The notes under the pieces are model-generated. The model made no database searches. It had not been told where the DNA came from and worked only from the letters and a program-made list of their open reading frames with translations. Positions 18,185 to 26,080 of a stretch of DNA of 34,566 nt are shown piece by piece; position 1 is the stretch's first letter; each line of letters opens with the position of its first letter. The position numbers and the translations under genes were made by a program. Source of the DNA: an uncultured Candidatus Saccharibacteria bacterium (GTDB lineage: Bacteria > Patescibacteriota > Minisyncoccia > Minisyncoccales > PWPS01); assembly GCA_964591185.1 (NCBI GenBank), contig CAZPZV010000003.1:9164-43729 (forward strand), written 5' to 3'.

Positions 18185-18699
18185 AAGAGAGGAAGATAAA
18201 AACGCTCATAGAAGACATCACCTTGTTGGAGAACTACAACAAGGAGCTTTTCTCTTTTACTCCTCTTCCTCTTTTTTTTACCAACCCCATGGGAACTGTT
18301 TTGGAAATGAATCCTGCTTTCACTTCGGTTACCGGATATGACAATTACGACATAGTCGGTGAAGGGGTTTCTCGAATATTTCCTTCGGAGGATGCTAAAA
18401 AGATAATAGAAAAAACACTAAAAGATAACTCCGTTGACAATTACGAATCGGTAATAACCTCCAAGGACGGTAAGAAGATACCGGTCAGTGTGTTCGCACG
18501 CAACAGGAAGATGCTTGATGAAGAGTCCAACGGAGTATTCTTTTCTTTCTTTGATCTTACAGAGATAAAAAGAAAAGAAAGAGAGCTAAAAGAAAAACTG
18601 GAAGAGATGGAAAAGTTCCGTAAGCTTGTGGTGGGAAGAGAATTAAAGATGATCGAGCTAAAAGAAAAGATAAGGAAACTTAAAAAGAGACATTTATGA
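18178..18699 (+). CDS. PAS-domain protein with a C-terminal coiled coil (no kinase domain)
   Basis: The PAS core is NPAFTSVTGYDNYDIVGEGVSRIF...GVFFSFFDLTEIK, followed by the helix ELKEKLEEMEKFRKLVVGRELKMIELKEKI. An ATGA overlap links it to the kinase gene. Confidence 0.8.
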   Translation: MVEERKIKTLIEDITLLENYNKELFSFTPLPLFFTNPMGTVLEMNPAFTSVTGYDNYDIVGEGVSRIFPSEDAKKIIEKTLKDNSVDNYESVITSKDGKKIPVSVFARNRKMLDEESNGVFFSFFDLTEIKRKERELKEKLEEMEKFRKLVVGRELKMIELKEKIRKLKKRHL

Positions 18700-20402
18700 G
18701 TGAAGAGTTTAACGAGGAAACAAGTAACGAGATAGAGGATCTTCGCCGGTACATAGAAGAGCTTACCGCTTTTTTCCCTTTTGCTTTTTGCATGGTCAAT
18801 CCTTTGGACTTTATGCTTGATGCCAACAACTCTTTTCAGGAACTTACGGGATACGAAAAAATGGAAGTGATTGGAGAAAGTGTTGACTTTCTTTTTGAAG
18901 AAAAGAAAGAGATAGAAAGCCTAAAAAAGGAAGTTCCTAAAAGCTCTTCCATAGTGGAAAGAGAGGTGACTCTCCTTACCAAAAAACAAAAAAAGATTCC
19001 TGTCCGTATTTCCTCTCTTGCGAGAAAGGATGATGAGGGAAACTTTTCCGGATACTTTCTTACTATTGTAGACATAACGGAGTCGAAAAGATTTACCGAA
19101 GAGCTGGAAAGAAAAGTGCAGGAAAGAACAAAAGAGCTGGAAGAGGCAAAAGAAAAACTGGAAGAGGCGGGGAAGATACTTGAGATAAAAGTACAAGCAC
19201 GCACCAGAGAACTTACAGAGCTAAACGAAAGACTAGAGGACGAGGTGGCGGAAAGAACAAAAGAACTGAAAGAGAGAGCCGAGCAACTGGAGATGCGCGC
19301 ACAAGAGATGGAAGACGCCAAATCAGCCCTTTTAAATATACTAGAGGACGTTGATCATTCTTATAAAGAGGCGGAAAAAGAAAGAAAGAAAACATCCGCC
19401 ATTATTGACAACTTTGTTGACGGACTGATTCTTTTCAGCCAAGAAAAAACCCTTTCTCTTATCAATCCCAAAGCAGAAGAGATATTTCAAGTAAAATCCA
19501 AGGACGTACGAAAGAGGGATATTAAAGAGCTCGGCCAACTGCCGGAGATGAAGCCGGTGATGGAGGTGATAAAGATAGGCACAAGAAATATTTTTCGTGA
19601 AGAAATGCAGCTGGGAGATTTGTTTTTTGAGGTGACCACTATTCCCATAAAACGTAAAAAGAAGAAGATGGGAACACTGGTTACTATTCATGACATAACC
19701 AGAGAAAAACGCATTGAAAAGATAAAGAGTGAGTTTGTTTCCGTGGCGGCGCACCAGCTACGCACTCCCCTCTCCGGAATTAAGTGGACACTGCTTACTA
19801 TAATGGAGGAAGTGGAAGATCTCCCTGAGGATCATATGGGTTTTGTGGAAAAAGCATATCAAGCAAACGAGCGCATGGTGAGGTTGGTAAATGACCTGCT
19901 TAACGTGTCACGCATAGAAGAGGGAAGGTATATGTATGATCCGGAAGAAGCTGATATCCTGGAGTTGATAGAACCTATAATAGAAACGACAAAAGAAAAA
20001 ACAAAAGAAAAAGGATTAAAGTTTGAGGTTGTAAAGCCGCAAAAAGAAATTCCCAAGATGAAAGTAGACAAAGAAAAGATCGGTATTATCGTGCAAAACT
20101 TTCTAGACAACGCTATCAAGTACAGTAAAAAAGGAAAGATAACCTTAAAAATAGAGCGCCTCAAAGAAAAGATAAAAGTATCTGTAAAGGACACGGGAGT
20201 GGGAATACCTAAAGAACATCAAGAAAGAATGTTTAGTAAGTTTTTCCGTGCAGCGAATGTACAACGCATGGAAACGGAAGGAAGCGGACTGGGACTCTTT
20301 ATTGCCAAGAACATTGTTGAGGCGCATGGCGGGGAGATAGGGTTTAGCTCAAAAGAAGGAAAAGGAAGTACCTTCTTTTTCACGCTTCCTGTAAAAAAGT
20401 AA
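18696..20402 (+). CDS. Cytoplasmic sensor histidine kinase (PAS, triple signalling-helix repeat, PAS, HisKA, HATPase_c)
   Basis: The H-box is SVAAHQLRTPLSG (His353). The N box is QNFLDNAIKYS and the G boxes are DTGVGIP and GSGLGLFIAKNIV. Two PAS-like modules are present and there is no TM segment. Confidence 0.9.
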   Translation: MSEEFNEETSNEIEDLRRYIEELTAFFPFAFCMVNPLDFMLDANNSFQELTGYEKMEVIGESVDFLFEEKKEIESLKKEVPKSSSIVEREVTLLTKKQKKIPVRISSLARKDDEGNFSGYFLTIVDITESKRFTEELERKVQERTKELEEAKEKLEEAGKILEIKVQARTRELTELNERLEDEVAERTKELKERAEQLEMRAQEMEDAKSALLNILEDVDHSYKEAEKERKKTSAIIDNFVDGLILFSQEKTLSLINPKAEEIFQVKSKDVRKRDIKELGQLPEMKPVMEVIKIGTRNIFREEMQLGDLFFEVTTIPIKRKKKKMGTLVTIHDITREKRIEKIKSEFVSVAAHQLRTPLSGIKWTLLTIMEEVEDLPEDHMGFVEKAYQANERMVRLVNDLLNVSRIEEGRYMYDPEEADILELIEPIIETTKEKTKEKGLKFEVVKPQKEIPKMKVDKEKIGIIVQNFLDNAIKYSKKGKITLKIERLKEKIKVSVKDTGVGIPKEHQERMFSKFFRAANVQRMETEGSGLGLFIAKNIVEAHGGEIGFSSKEGKGSTFFFTLPVKK

Positions 20403-20406
20403 TAAT

Positions 20407-20435
20407 TTGACATTATTATTTACACCAGCTAAACT
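20407..20435 (+). promoter_or_regulatory. Putative promoter of the two receiver genes
   Basis: TTGACA (20407-20412), N17, TAAACT (20430-20435). Confidence 0.45.
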
Positions 20436-20469
20436 TTAAAAAAGGTCGCAAATCTTTTTATATACGAAA

Positions 20470-20847
20470 ATGAAGAAAATCCTTATTATCGAAGACGAAG
20501 AAATCCTTTCTTCTTTGTTGCAGAAAAAACTTACCAATGAAGGGTATGAAGTTGATGTAGCAGAGGACGGAGAAGAAGGCATGAGAAAGGTAAGGGAGAT
20601 GCTTCCTGATCTTGTTCTTCTGGACATCATTATGCCCAAGAAAGGCGGATTTGAAGTAATGGAGGAGATGAGCGAAGACGAACAACTCTCTTCCATACCG
20701 ATTATTGTTGTTTCCAATTCCGGACAACCGGTGGAGATTGATCGTGCTCAAAAACTGGGAGCCAAAGACTGGCTTGTAAAAACAGAGTTCGATCCGCAGG
20801 AAGTTATCGAAAAGGTTGTTTCCCAGATTGGAAGGGTGGAAGAATAA
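20470..20847 (+). CDS. Single-domain response regulator (CheY-like receiver, no output domain)
   Basis: The acidic pocket IIEDEE, the phospho-acceptor in LVLLDIIMP, VVSNSG and the conserved Lys in WLVKTEF are all present. The length is 125 aa. Confidence 0.9.
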   Translation: MKKILIIEDEEILSSLLQKKLTNEGYEVDVAEDGEEGMRKVREMLPDLVLLDIIMPKKGGFEVMEEMSEDEQLSSIPIIVVSNSGQPVEIDRAQKLGAKDWLVKTEFDPQEVIEKVVSQIGRVEE

Positions 20848-20865
20848 AATTAAAAGCTATAAAAT

Positions 20866-21228
20866 ATGGCCAAAATATTAGTTGTTGAAGATGATAAATT
20901 TCTCCGTGAAATGATTACGCGAAAACTGGACAGGGAGGGATATGAAGTTATTGACGCCGTAGACGGAGAAAAAGGAGAAGAGAAAATAAAATCGGAAAAA
21001 CCGGATATGGTTCTTCTTGACCTTATCTTACCCGGGATAGACGGGTTTGAGGTTTTGGAAAGAGTAAAAGCGGATCCGACAACATCAGAGATTCCGGTAA
21101 TCATTCTCTCGAACTTAGGACAAAAGTCTGAGGTGGAAAGAGGATTGAAACTGGGAGCTGTGGACTTCCTTATCAAGGCGCACTTTACTCCTGCCGAGAT
21201 TGTGAGCAAGGTAAGAGAAACACTCTAG
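20866..21228 (+). CDS. Single-domain response regulator (CheY-like receiver, no output domain)
   Basis: VVEDD, MVLLDLILPGIDG, ILSNLG and FLIKAHF are present. The length is 120 aa and it is a paralogue of the preceding gene. Confidence 0.9.
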   Translation: MAKILVVEDDKFLREMITRKLDREGYEVIDAVDGEKGEEKIKSEKPDMVLLDLILPGIDGFEVLERVKADPTTSEIPVIILSNLGQKSEVERGLKLGAVDFLIKAHFTPAEIVSKVRETL

Positions 21229-21272
21229 TTTTCTTAATGAACAACGTTACTTTTCCGTAAGGAGGTTTTTCT

Positions 21273-22100
21273 ATGCCGGAGCTACCTGAAGTAGAAACAA
21301 CAGTTTCTTTGCTTAAAAAAGAGGTCCTTAAAAGGACTTTTGTTTCTGTGTGGGCGGAAAAAGAAGCTCCTGAAGGTCTACTCGGAAGGCGCATAGAAGA
21401 CATATACCGCTGCGGAAAGTGTATTATTTTTTTACTTGACGGTGATCTGGCTCTTTTCGTGCACTTAAGAATGACGGGGCACTTTCTTTTGGGAGAGTGG
21501 AAAATGAAAGAAGGAGAGTGGAAGAGCGAAGAAGAGATTATGCAAGACAAAAGGAACGGTTACTTGCGTTTTATACTTTCTCTTGATGACGGAAGACAGC
21601 TTGCACTTTCCGATGCAAGAAAGTTTGCCAAGCTTTACGCCGCCCCTCTCGCGGAAATAGAAAGCTATCTTCAGCGTATCGGTCCAGACATCCTCTCTTT
21701 AAACAAGAAAGAGTTTACGGAAATGCTATCTAAAAAGAAAGGAGAGATAAAAAGAGTTTTAATGGACCAGAGATTTGTTTCCGGAGTGGGCAACATCTAT
21801 GCCGCAGAAGCACTCTTTCTTTCCGGAGTGCATCCGCAAAAAAAAGCCGACTCTCTTTCAATAAAAAAGGCGGAAGATGTATATGAATCTTTGCACAAGG
21901 TTTTGCGGGACTCCATAAAACTACAAGGAGACAGCACCAGTGACTTTCGTCTTTTAAGCGGGGAAAGAGGAGGGTATCAAAACAAACACCTTGTTTATGA
22001 TCGCAAAGGAGAGAAGTGCTTTTCTTGCGGAAAGGAGATAAAAAGAGTAAGTTTAGGAGGAAGGGGCAGTTACTACTGTCCGTATTGCCAAAAAATATGA
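21273..22100 (+). CDS. mutM: Formamidopyrimidine-DNA glycosylase (Fpg/MutM)
   Basis: The N-terminus is MPELPEVET, an H2TH region is present, and the C-terminal zinc finger reads CFSCG...YYCPYCQ. AAGGAGG lies 7 nt upstream of the ATG. Confidence 0.9.
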   Translation: MPELPEVETTVSLLKKEVLKRTFVSVWAEKEAPEGLLGRRIEDIYRCGKCIIFLLDGDLALFVHLRMTGHFLLGEWKMKEGEWKSEEEIMQDKRNGYLRFILSLDDGRQLALSDARKFAKLYAAPLAEIESYLQRIGPDILSLNKKEFTEMLSKKKGEIKRVLMDQRFVSGVGNIYAAEALFLSGVHPQKKADSLSIKKAEDVYESLHKVLRDSIKLQGDSTSDFRLLSGERGGYQNKHLVYDRKGEKCFSCGKEIKRVSLGGRGSYYCPYCQKI

Positions 22101-22984
22101 TTATTCTTCTTCACGGAAAAGACACTTATCGTAAAAAAAAGAAACTGGAAGAGATTGTAGAGGAGTACAAAAAGAAGCATCCCAGTGGACTGAACATAAA
22201 GGTGTTTCATGATGATGTTACCTTTGAAGATATTTCCGATGAGAACAGGCAATCTTCCATGTTTGAGGAGAAAAGGCTCATTATCGTTTACGGAGCCCTT
22301 TCCAAAGTGCGTGACTCCTTTATTAAAAAAGCACAAGAGATACCACCGAACATAGTTGTTTTTTTTGAAGAAGAAGTGAGAAAAAACGACGCTTCCCTGA
22401 AACACTTTTCTTTAGTACAAGAGTTTTCTCCTCTTCCTCGAAGCAAAGTACTCGCTTTTTTGAAAAAAAATGCAAGAACGGAAATAGATGATTCCGCCGC
22501 ACAGCTTCTCGTTGATTTTGTGGGAAGTGATCTTTGGCGTTTGAGCATGGAGATGGAAAAGCTTTCCTCTTACTCTTCAAAGATAACCGAAGAAAGTGTG
22601 CGCTTGCTTGTACGTCCGCAAGTGGAAACGAACATATTCAAAACGCTAGACGCTTTGTCTGAGGGAAAAAAAGATGTTGCTCTCTCTCTTATTTACGAGC
22701 ACCTGCAAGAAGGGGATCACCCTCTCTACATAATCTCTATGATAGAGTATCAGTTGCGCAATCTTCTTCTTGTGCGTAGCGCTTTAGATGAAGGTGTTTC
22801 CGACATAGCAAAACATACGGGATTACATCCTTTTGTAGCAAGAAAAAGCATATCACAGGCGAAAGCGTTTTCTTGGGATAGGTTAAAGAGAATACACTTT
22901 CTGCTTTTTGACACTGACTTTAAAGCAAAAACGGGACAGATAGATCCCGTTAACGCCATACATGTACTCTTTTTAAATATCTAA
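22097..22984 (+). CDS. holA: DNA polymerase III delta subunit (HolA)
   Basis: MIILLHGKDTYRKKKKLEEI... and ~295 aa fit delta. I chose the ATG at 22097, which overlaps the mutM stop (ATGA). The track's upstream TTG extension lies inside mutM. Confidence 0.75.
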   Translation: MIILLHGKDTYRKKKKLEEIVEEYKKKHPSGLNIKVFHDDVTFEDISDENRQSSMFEEKRLIIVYGALSKVRDSFIKKAQEIPPNIVVFFEEEVRKNDASLKHFSLVQEFSPLPRSKVLAFLKKNARTEIDDSAAQLLVDFVGSDLWRLSMEMEKLSSYSSKITEESVRLLVRPQVETNIFKTLDALSEGKKDVALSLIYEHLQEGDHPLYIISMIEYQLRNLLLVRSALDEGVSDIAKHTGLHPFVARKSISQAKAFSWDRLKRIHFLLFDTDFKAKTGQIDPVNAIHVLFLNI

Positions 22985-23235
22985 GCGGATATTCTGGAAA
23001 GACGTGATTTTTTTCTTGCCGCAGTGTTCTCTTTAACAACCCCTCTCTTTGCCGCCTTGTCTATGGCGCGCATCGCTTGAGGAAGTAGTTTTGCCGCATC
23101 TTTCTTTTTTCCGGCAGTGCAAAGATCCTCAATCTTTTTACAAACATCTTTCATGGAACGCTTGTAGCGCAGATTGAGCACTCTGCGTTTTTCGCTTTGT
23201 TTTAGTGATTTTTTAGCTGCTTTTGTTATAGGCAT
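22981..23235 (-). CDS. rpsT: 30S ribosomal protein S20
   Basis: MPITKAAKKSLKQSEKRRVLNLRYKRSMKD... is a basic 84-aa protein of the S20 type. Confidence 0.9.
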   Translation of the reverse strand: MPITKAAKKSLKQSEKRRVLNLRYKRSMKDVCKKIEDLCTAGKKKDAAKLLPQAMRAIDKAAKRGVVKENTAARKKSRLSRISA

Positions 23236-23241
23236 GCTGTA

Positions 23242-23270
23242 TATTTACCATGATTTTCGGTTTTAGTCAA
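23242..23270 (-). promoter_or_regulatory. Putative promoter of rpsT (leaderless configuration)
   Basis: The minus strand reads TTGACT-N17-TAAATA, followed by 6 nt (tacagc) and then the rpsT ATG. Confidence 0.45.
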
Positions 23271-23276
23271 TGTTTC

Positions 23277-23305
23277 TTTTCAAAAAGGCTTGATTTTAGT
23301 ATAAT
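23277..23305 (+). promoter_or_regulatory. Putative promoter of ruvA and the Mur ligase gene (leaderless configuration, weak -35)
   Basis: A perfect TATAAT box at 23300-23305 is followed by 6 nt (agaagc) and the ruvA ATG at 23312. The -35 region is only T-rich (TTTTCA). Confidence 0.35.
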
Positions 23306-23311
23306 AGAAGC

Positions 23312-23842
23312 ATGATACACCATCTTAAAGGAGAAGTAACAGAAAAAGAAAAAGATTACGTTGTTGTTGATGTAAACGGGGTTGGTTACAAGGTTTTCGT
23401 TTCCCCGGACACGGACATATCGGGAAAGGTTACCCTTTTTTGTTACACGCACAGTACGGGAAAAGACACCTACCTTTACGGATTTAAAGACAGAGAGAAT
23501 CTTTCCTTTTTTAAAGATCTTTTAAAAATATCGGGAATCGGTCCCAAAGCGGCACTGCAGCTGGCTTCTATCGCTCCCATGGAAGAGTTTAAGCAAGCGG
23601 TGGAAAGAGAAGACAAGGAGGTGATAAAAAAGATAATGAAGATAGGCAAAAAGAAAGGAGAAAGAGTTGTTTTTGAGGTTGCCAGAAGGAGTGTGAAAGT
23701 GGAAAAAGATGATGCCTTTGAGGTGTTGAGAGGTCTTGGTTTTGAGAGCAAGGACATTGAGGCGGTTCTGGAGAATGTGTCGCAAGACAAAGGAAAAGAA
23801 GAAAGAGTAACGGAGGCGTTAAAGCTTCTTCACAAGAAATGA
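23312..23842 (+). CDS. ruvA: Holliday junction DNA helicase subunit RuvA
   Basis: MIHHLKGEVTEKEKDYVVVDVNGVGYKVFVS (OB domain) and the HhH region ISGIGPKAALQL are present. The length is 176 aa. Confidence 0.9.
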   Translation: MIHHLKGEVTEKEKDYVVVDVNGVGYKVFVSPDTDISGKVTLFCYTHSTGKDTYLYGFKDRENLSFFKDLLKISGIGPKAALQLASIAPMEEFKQAVEREDKEVIKKIMKIGKKKGERVVFEVARRSVKVEKDDAFEVLRGLGFESKDIEAVLENVSQDKGKEERVTEALKLLHKK

Positions 23843-25020
23843 GGAGTTTGTATCACTTTCTGCTCTCTTTTCTGGGAGCTCTCATCTACCGTTTTCCTTC
23901 GCGGAAGATAAGGGTTATTGGTATTACCGGAACCAACGGCAAGACCACCAGTGTACACATTCTTTCGGAACTGTTGCGCGGTGCGGGCTACTCTGTTGCT
24001 TCCACCTCCTCGGTGAGGTTCGAGATAAACGGAACAGAAAAGATTAATGCACTGAAGATGACCATGCCGGGAAGGTTTGTTATACAAAAGTTTCTCAGAG
24101 AGGCGGTAAAAAAAGGATGTCGCTACGCGGTAATAGAAGTTTCTTCGGAAGGAGTAAAGCAGCACCGTCACCGTTTTATTTGTTTTCACACCGCGGTGAT
24201 CACCAACCTTTCACCTGAACACATAGAGTCGCACGGAGGGTTTGAAAATTACAAAAAGGCAAAAGGAGAGTTTTTCAGGGCGGTAAAAGAAAGACACGTG
24301 GTGAACTTAGACGATGAATACGCTGATTACTTTCTTTCTTTTTCTGCAAAAGAAAAGGTGGGTTACTCCACAAAGGACAGTAGCGCTTTTCTTTTCGCGG
24401 AAAACGTGAAAAGTGGAAAAGAGGGAGTTTCCTTTGGAGAGTACTTTCTGCCCCTTAAAGGAGAGTTTAATGCTTACAACGCGCTTGCCGCCCTTAGTGT
24501 TGCTCTTCTTGAAGGCGTTTCTGTGGAGAGCGCCAGATCGACACTGTTTAACATGACCACTGTTCCCGGAAGGATGGAAGAAGTTGCTCCCCGTGTTTTT
24601 ATCGATTACGCTGTTACTCCCGACGCCTTGGAGTTTGTTTACGACACCCTGAGAAGAGACTTTGATCCCGAAGAGATGATCTGTGTTCTTGGTGCCTGCG
24701 GAGGAGGAAGAGACAAGTGGAAGCGTCCTCTTTTAGGAAAGATAGCTAAGGATAAGTGTGACAAGGTTATTGTTACCAACGAAGATCCTTACGACGAAAA
24801 CGAAGAGAGCATTATAAACGAAGTTGCCCCGCAAGGCGCATGGAAGATAACTGATCGCAAAGAGGCGATAGAAAAAGGTGTAGAAATGGCAAAAGAAAAA
24901 GACTTGGTTATTATCACCGGGAAAGGATCCGAAGTGTGGATGTGTGTTGCCGGAGAAAAGAAGATACCTTGGAGTGACAGGGATATAGCGAGAGAGGCCT
25001 TTGACAAGAAGCATTATTAA
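23839..25020 (+). CDS. Mur ligase family protein, MurE-like (UDP-MurNAc-tripeptide synthetase-like), lacking the N-terminal domain
   Basis: The P-loop is GITGTNGKTT. ITNLSPEHIESHGGFENYKKAK, DYAVTPDALE, GACGGGRDKWKRP and VTNEDPYDE parallel MurE signature blocks. At 393 aa it is shorter than a typical MurE. An ATGA overlap links it to ruvA. Confidence 0.75.
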   Translation: MRSLYHFLLSFLGALIYRFPSRKIRVIGITGTNGKTTSVHILSELLRGAGYSVASTSSVRFEINGTEKINALKMTMPGRFVIQKFLREAVKKGCRYAVIEVSSEGVKQHRHRFICFHTAVITNLSPEHIESHGGFENYKKAKGEFFRAVKERHVVNLDDEYADYFLSFSAKEKVGYSTKDSSAFLFAENVKSGKEGVSFGEYFLPLKGEFNAYNALAALSVALLEGVSVESARSTLFNMTTVPGRMEEVAPRVFIDYAVTPDALEFVYDTLRRDFDPEEMICVLGACGGGRDKWKRPLLGKIAKDKCDKVIVTNEDPYDENEESIINEVAPQGAWKITDRKEAIEKGVEMAKEKDLVIITGKGSEVWMCVAGEKKIPWSDRDIAREAFDKKHY

Positions 25021-25144
25021 GAATAAAATATCAAAAATATGAAACCATCAAAAGGATTAAAAAAACATATACGTAAACAAAAAGCCCTTATGAAAAAGGG
25101 TGTTGTTTCCGTAGAGGAGATAGACGGTATTTATAAAAAACATT

Positions 25145-26080
25145 ATGACCATAAAAGAGATTTACAATCTAGCGATAAAAAAGGGAATTGAAAACGATTT
25201 TCGGGGCAAGAAAGGAGTAGATCAGATGATGGAAAGAAGAAAGAAGAGCTACGAGAAGATGTCCAAGAAAAATAAAGAATATTTCGACAAAGAGGATTTA
25301 ACTAACCCCTACTCCGATACGCGTATACTCTACGGAGATGAGAAAAAGAAAGTAAAAAAGGCTTTGGTGGGAATAGATATCGATGGCGAAGAGCTTCTTT
25401 ACGCCAAACAAAGAGGAGACATAGACTTGGTTATCTCTCACCATCCGCGCGGGAAAGGATTGCTGGGATTGGATAGTGTTATGGATCTTCAGGTGGACCT
25501 TCTTCACTATTACGGAGTTCCAATAAATATAGCGGAAAAGCTTTTAAAAAAGAGAATAAGTGAGGTTTCCCGTGGTATTGCTCCGGGCAATCACTACCGT
25601 GCCGTGGATATGGCGCGTCTCTTAGATATTCCTTTTATGTGTGTACACACTCCGGCAGACAACATGGTGGCCAAGTTTATAGAAAAAGCAATAGAGAAAA
25701 AGAAACCTTATTTTGTAGAGGATCTTATGGGACACCTGCTTGAAGTTGAGGAGTACAAGATAGCTAAAAAGATGGGCGCGGGACCAAGGCTTTTTGTTGG
25801 AAGCGAGAGCAACCGTGCAGGAAAGGTGGTTGTTACCGAAGTGACTGGAGGAACGGAAGGTTCTCCGCAGATATACGAAAAACTGGCCCAGGCGGGAGCA
25901 GGAACGGTGGTAGGTATGCACATGTCTGAAAAGCACCGCGAGGAAGCGGAGAAGGCACACATAAACGTGGTCATCGCTGGACACATCTCTTCCGACTCTA
26001 TCGGTGTGAATCTTTTTCTTGATCTTCTTCAAGGAGTGGAGGTTGTTTCTTGTGGAGGCTTAATCAGGGTTTCGCGGTGA
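25145..26080 (+). CDS. NIF3/DUF34-family metal-binding protein (NIF3-like)
   Basis: LVISHHPRGKG, CVHTPADN and VIAGHISSDSIG resemble the NIF3 metal-ligand blocks. The length is 311 aa. Confidence 0.65.
   Translation: MTIKEIYNLAIKKGIENDFRGKKGVDQMMERRKKSYEKMSKKNKEYFDKEDLTNPYSDTRILYGDEKKKVKKALVGIDIDGEELLYAKQRGDIDLVISHHPRGKGLLGLDSVMDLQVDLLHYYGVPINIAEKLLKKRISEVSRGIAPGNHYRAVDMARLLDIPFMCVHTPADNMVAKFIEKAIEKKKPYFVEDLMGHLLEVEEYKIAKKMGAGPRLFVGSESNRAGKVVVTEVTGGTEGSPQIYEKLAQAGAGTVVGMHMSEKHREEAEKAHINVVIAGHISSDSIGVNLFLDLLQGVEVVSCGGLIRVSR

Noticed and set aside
18836-19321. A 161-aa minus-strand ORF (also 18921..19196, 19213..19395, 19341..19754, 19859..20194) antisense to the histidine kinase gene.
   Set aside because: These are Ser/Phe/Leu-rich low-complexity translations, the mirror image of the K/E-rich coding strand. 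They have no motifs or translation signals, and the plus-strand gene has clear kinase motifs.
20850-21209. A 119-aa minus-strand ORF covering the second receiver gene, with similar ORFs at 20436..20751 over the first receiver gene.
   Set aside because: The plus-strand frames encode complete CheY-like receivers with all conserved residues, so the antisense frames are artefacts.
22016-22096. An upstream TTG extension of holA overlapping mutM by 85 nt.
   Set aside because: The ATGA-coupled ATG at 22097 gives a normal HolA N-terminus, and the extension lies within the mutM zinc-finger coding region.
25039-25191. An unlisted 50-codon ORF (MKPSKGLKKHIRKQKALMKKGVVSVEEIDGIYKKHYDHKR...) between the Mur ligase gene and the NIF3-like gene.
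   Set aside because: It has no SD and would overlap the NIF3-like gene by 47 nt in another frame. The basic composition could be chance in A-rich DNA. I cannot support it without conservation data.
25622-26032. Minus-strand ORFs inside the NIF3-like gene. Similar shadow ORFs occur at 32353..32769, 32448..32741, 33398..33757, 23476..23790, 24733..25014, 22073..22580 and 8873..9490.
   Set aside because: All lie opposite well-supported genes and have no recognisable domains.
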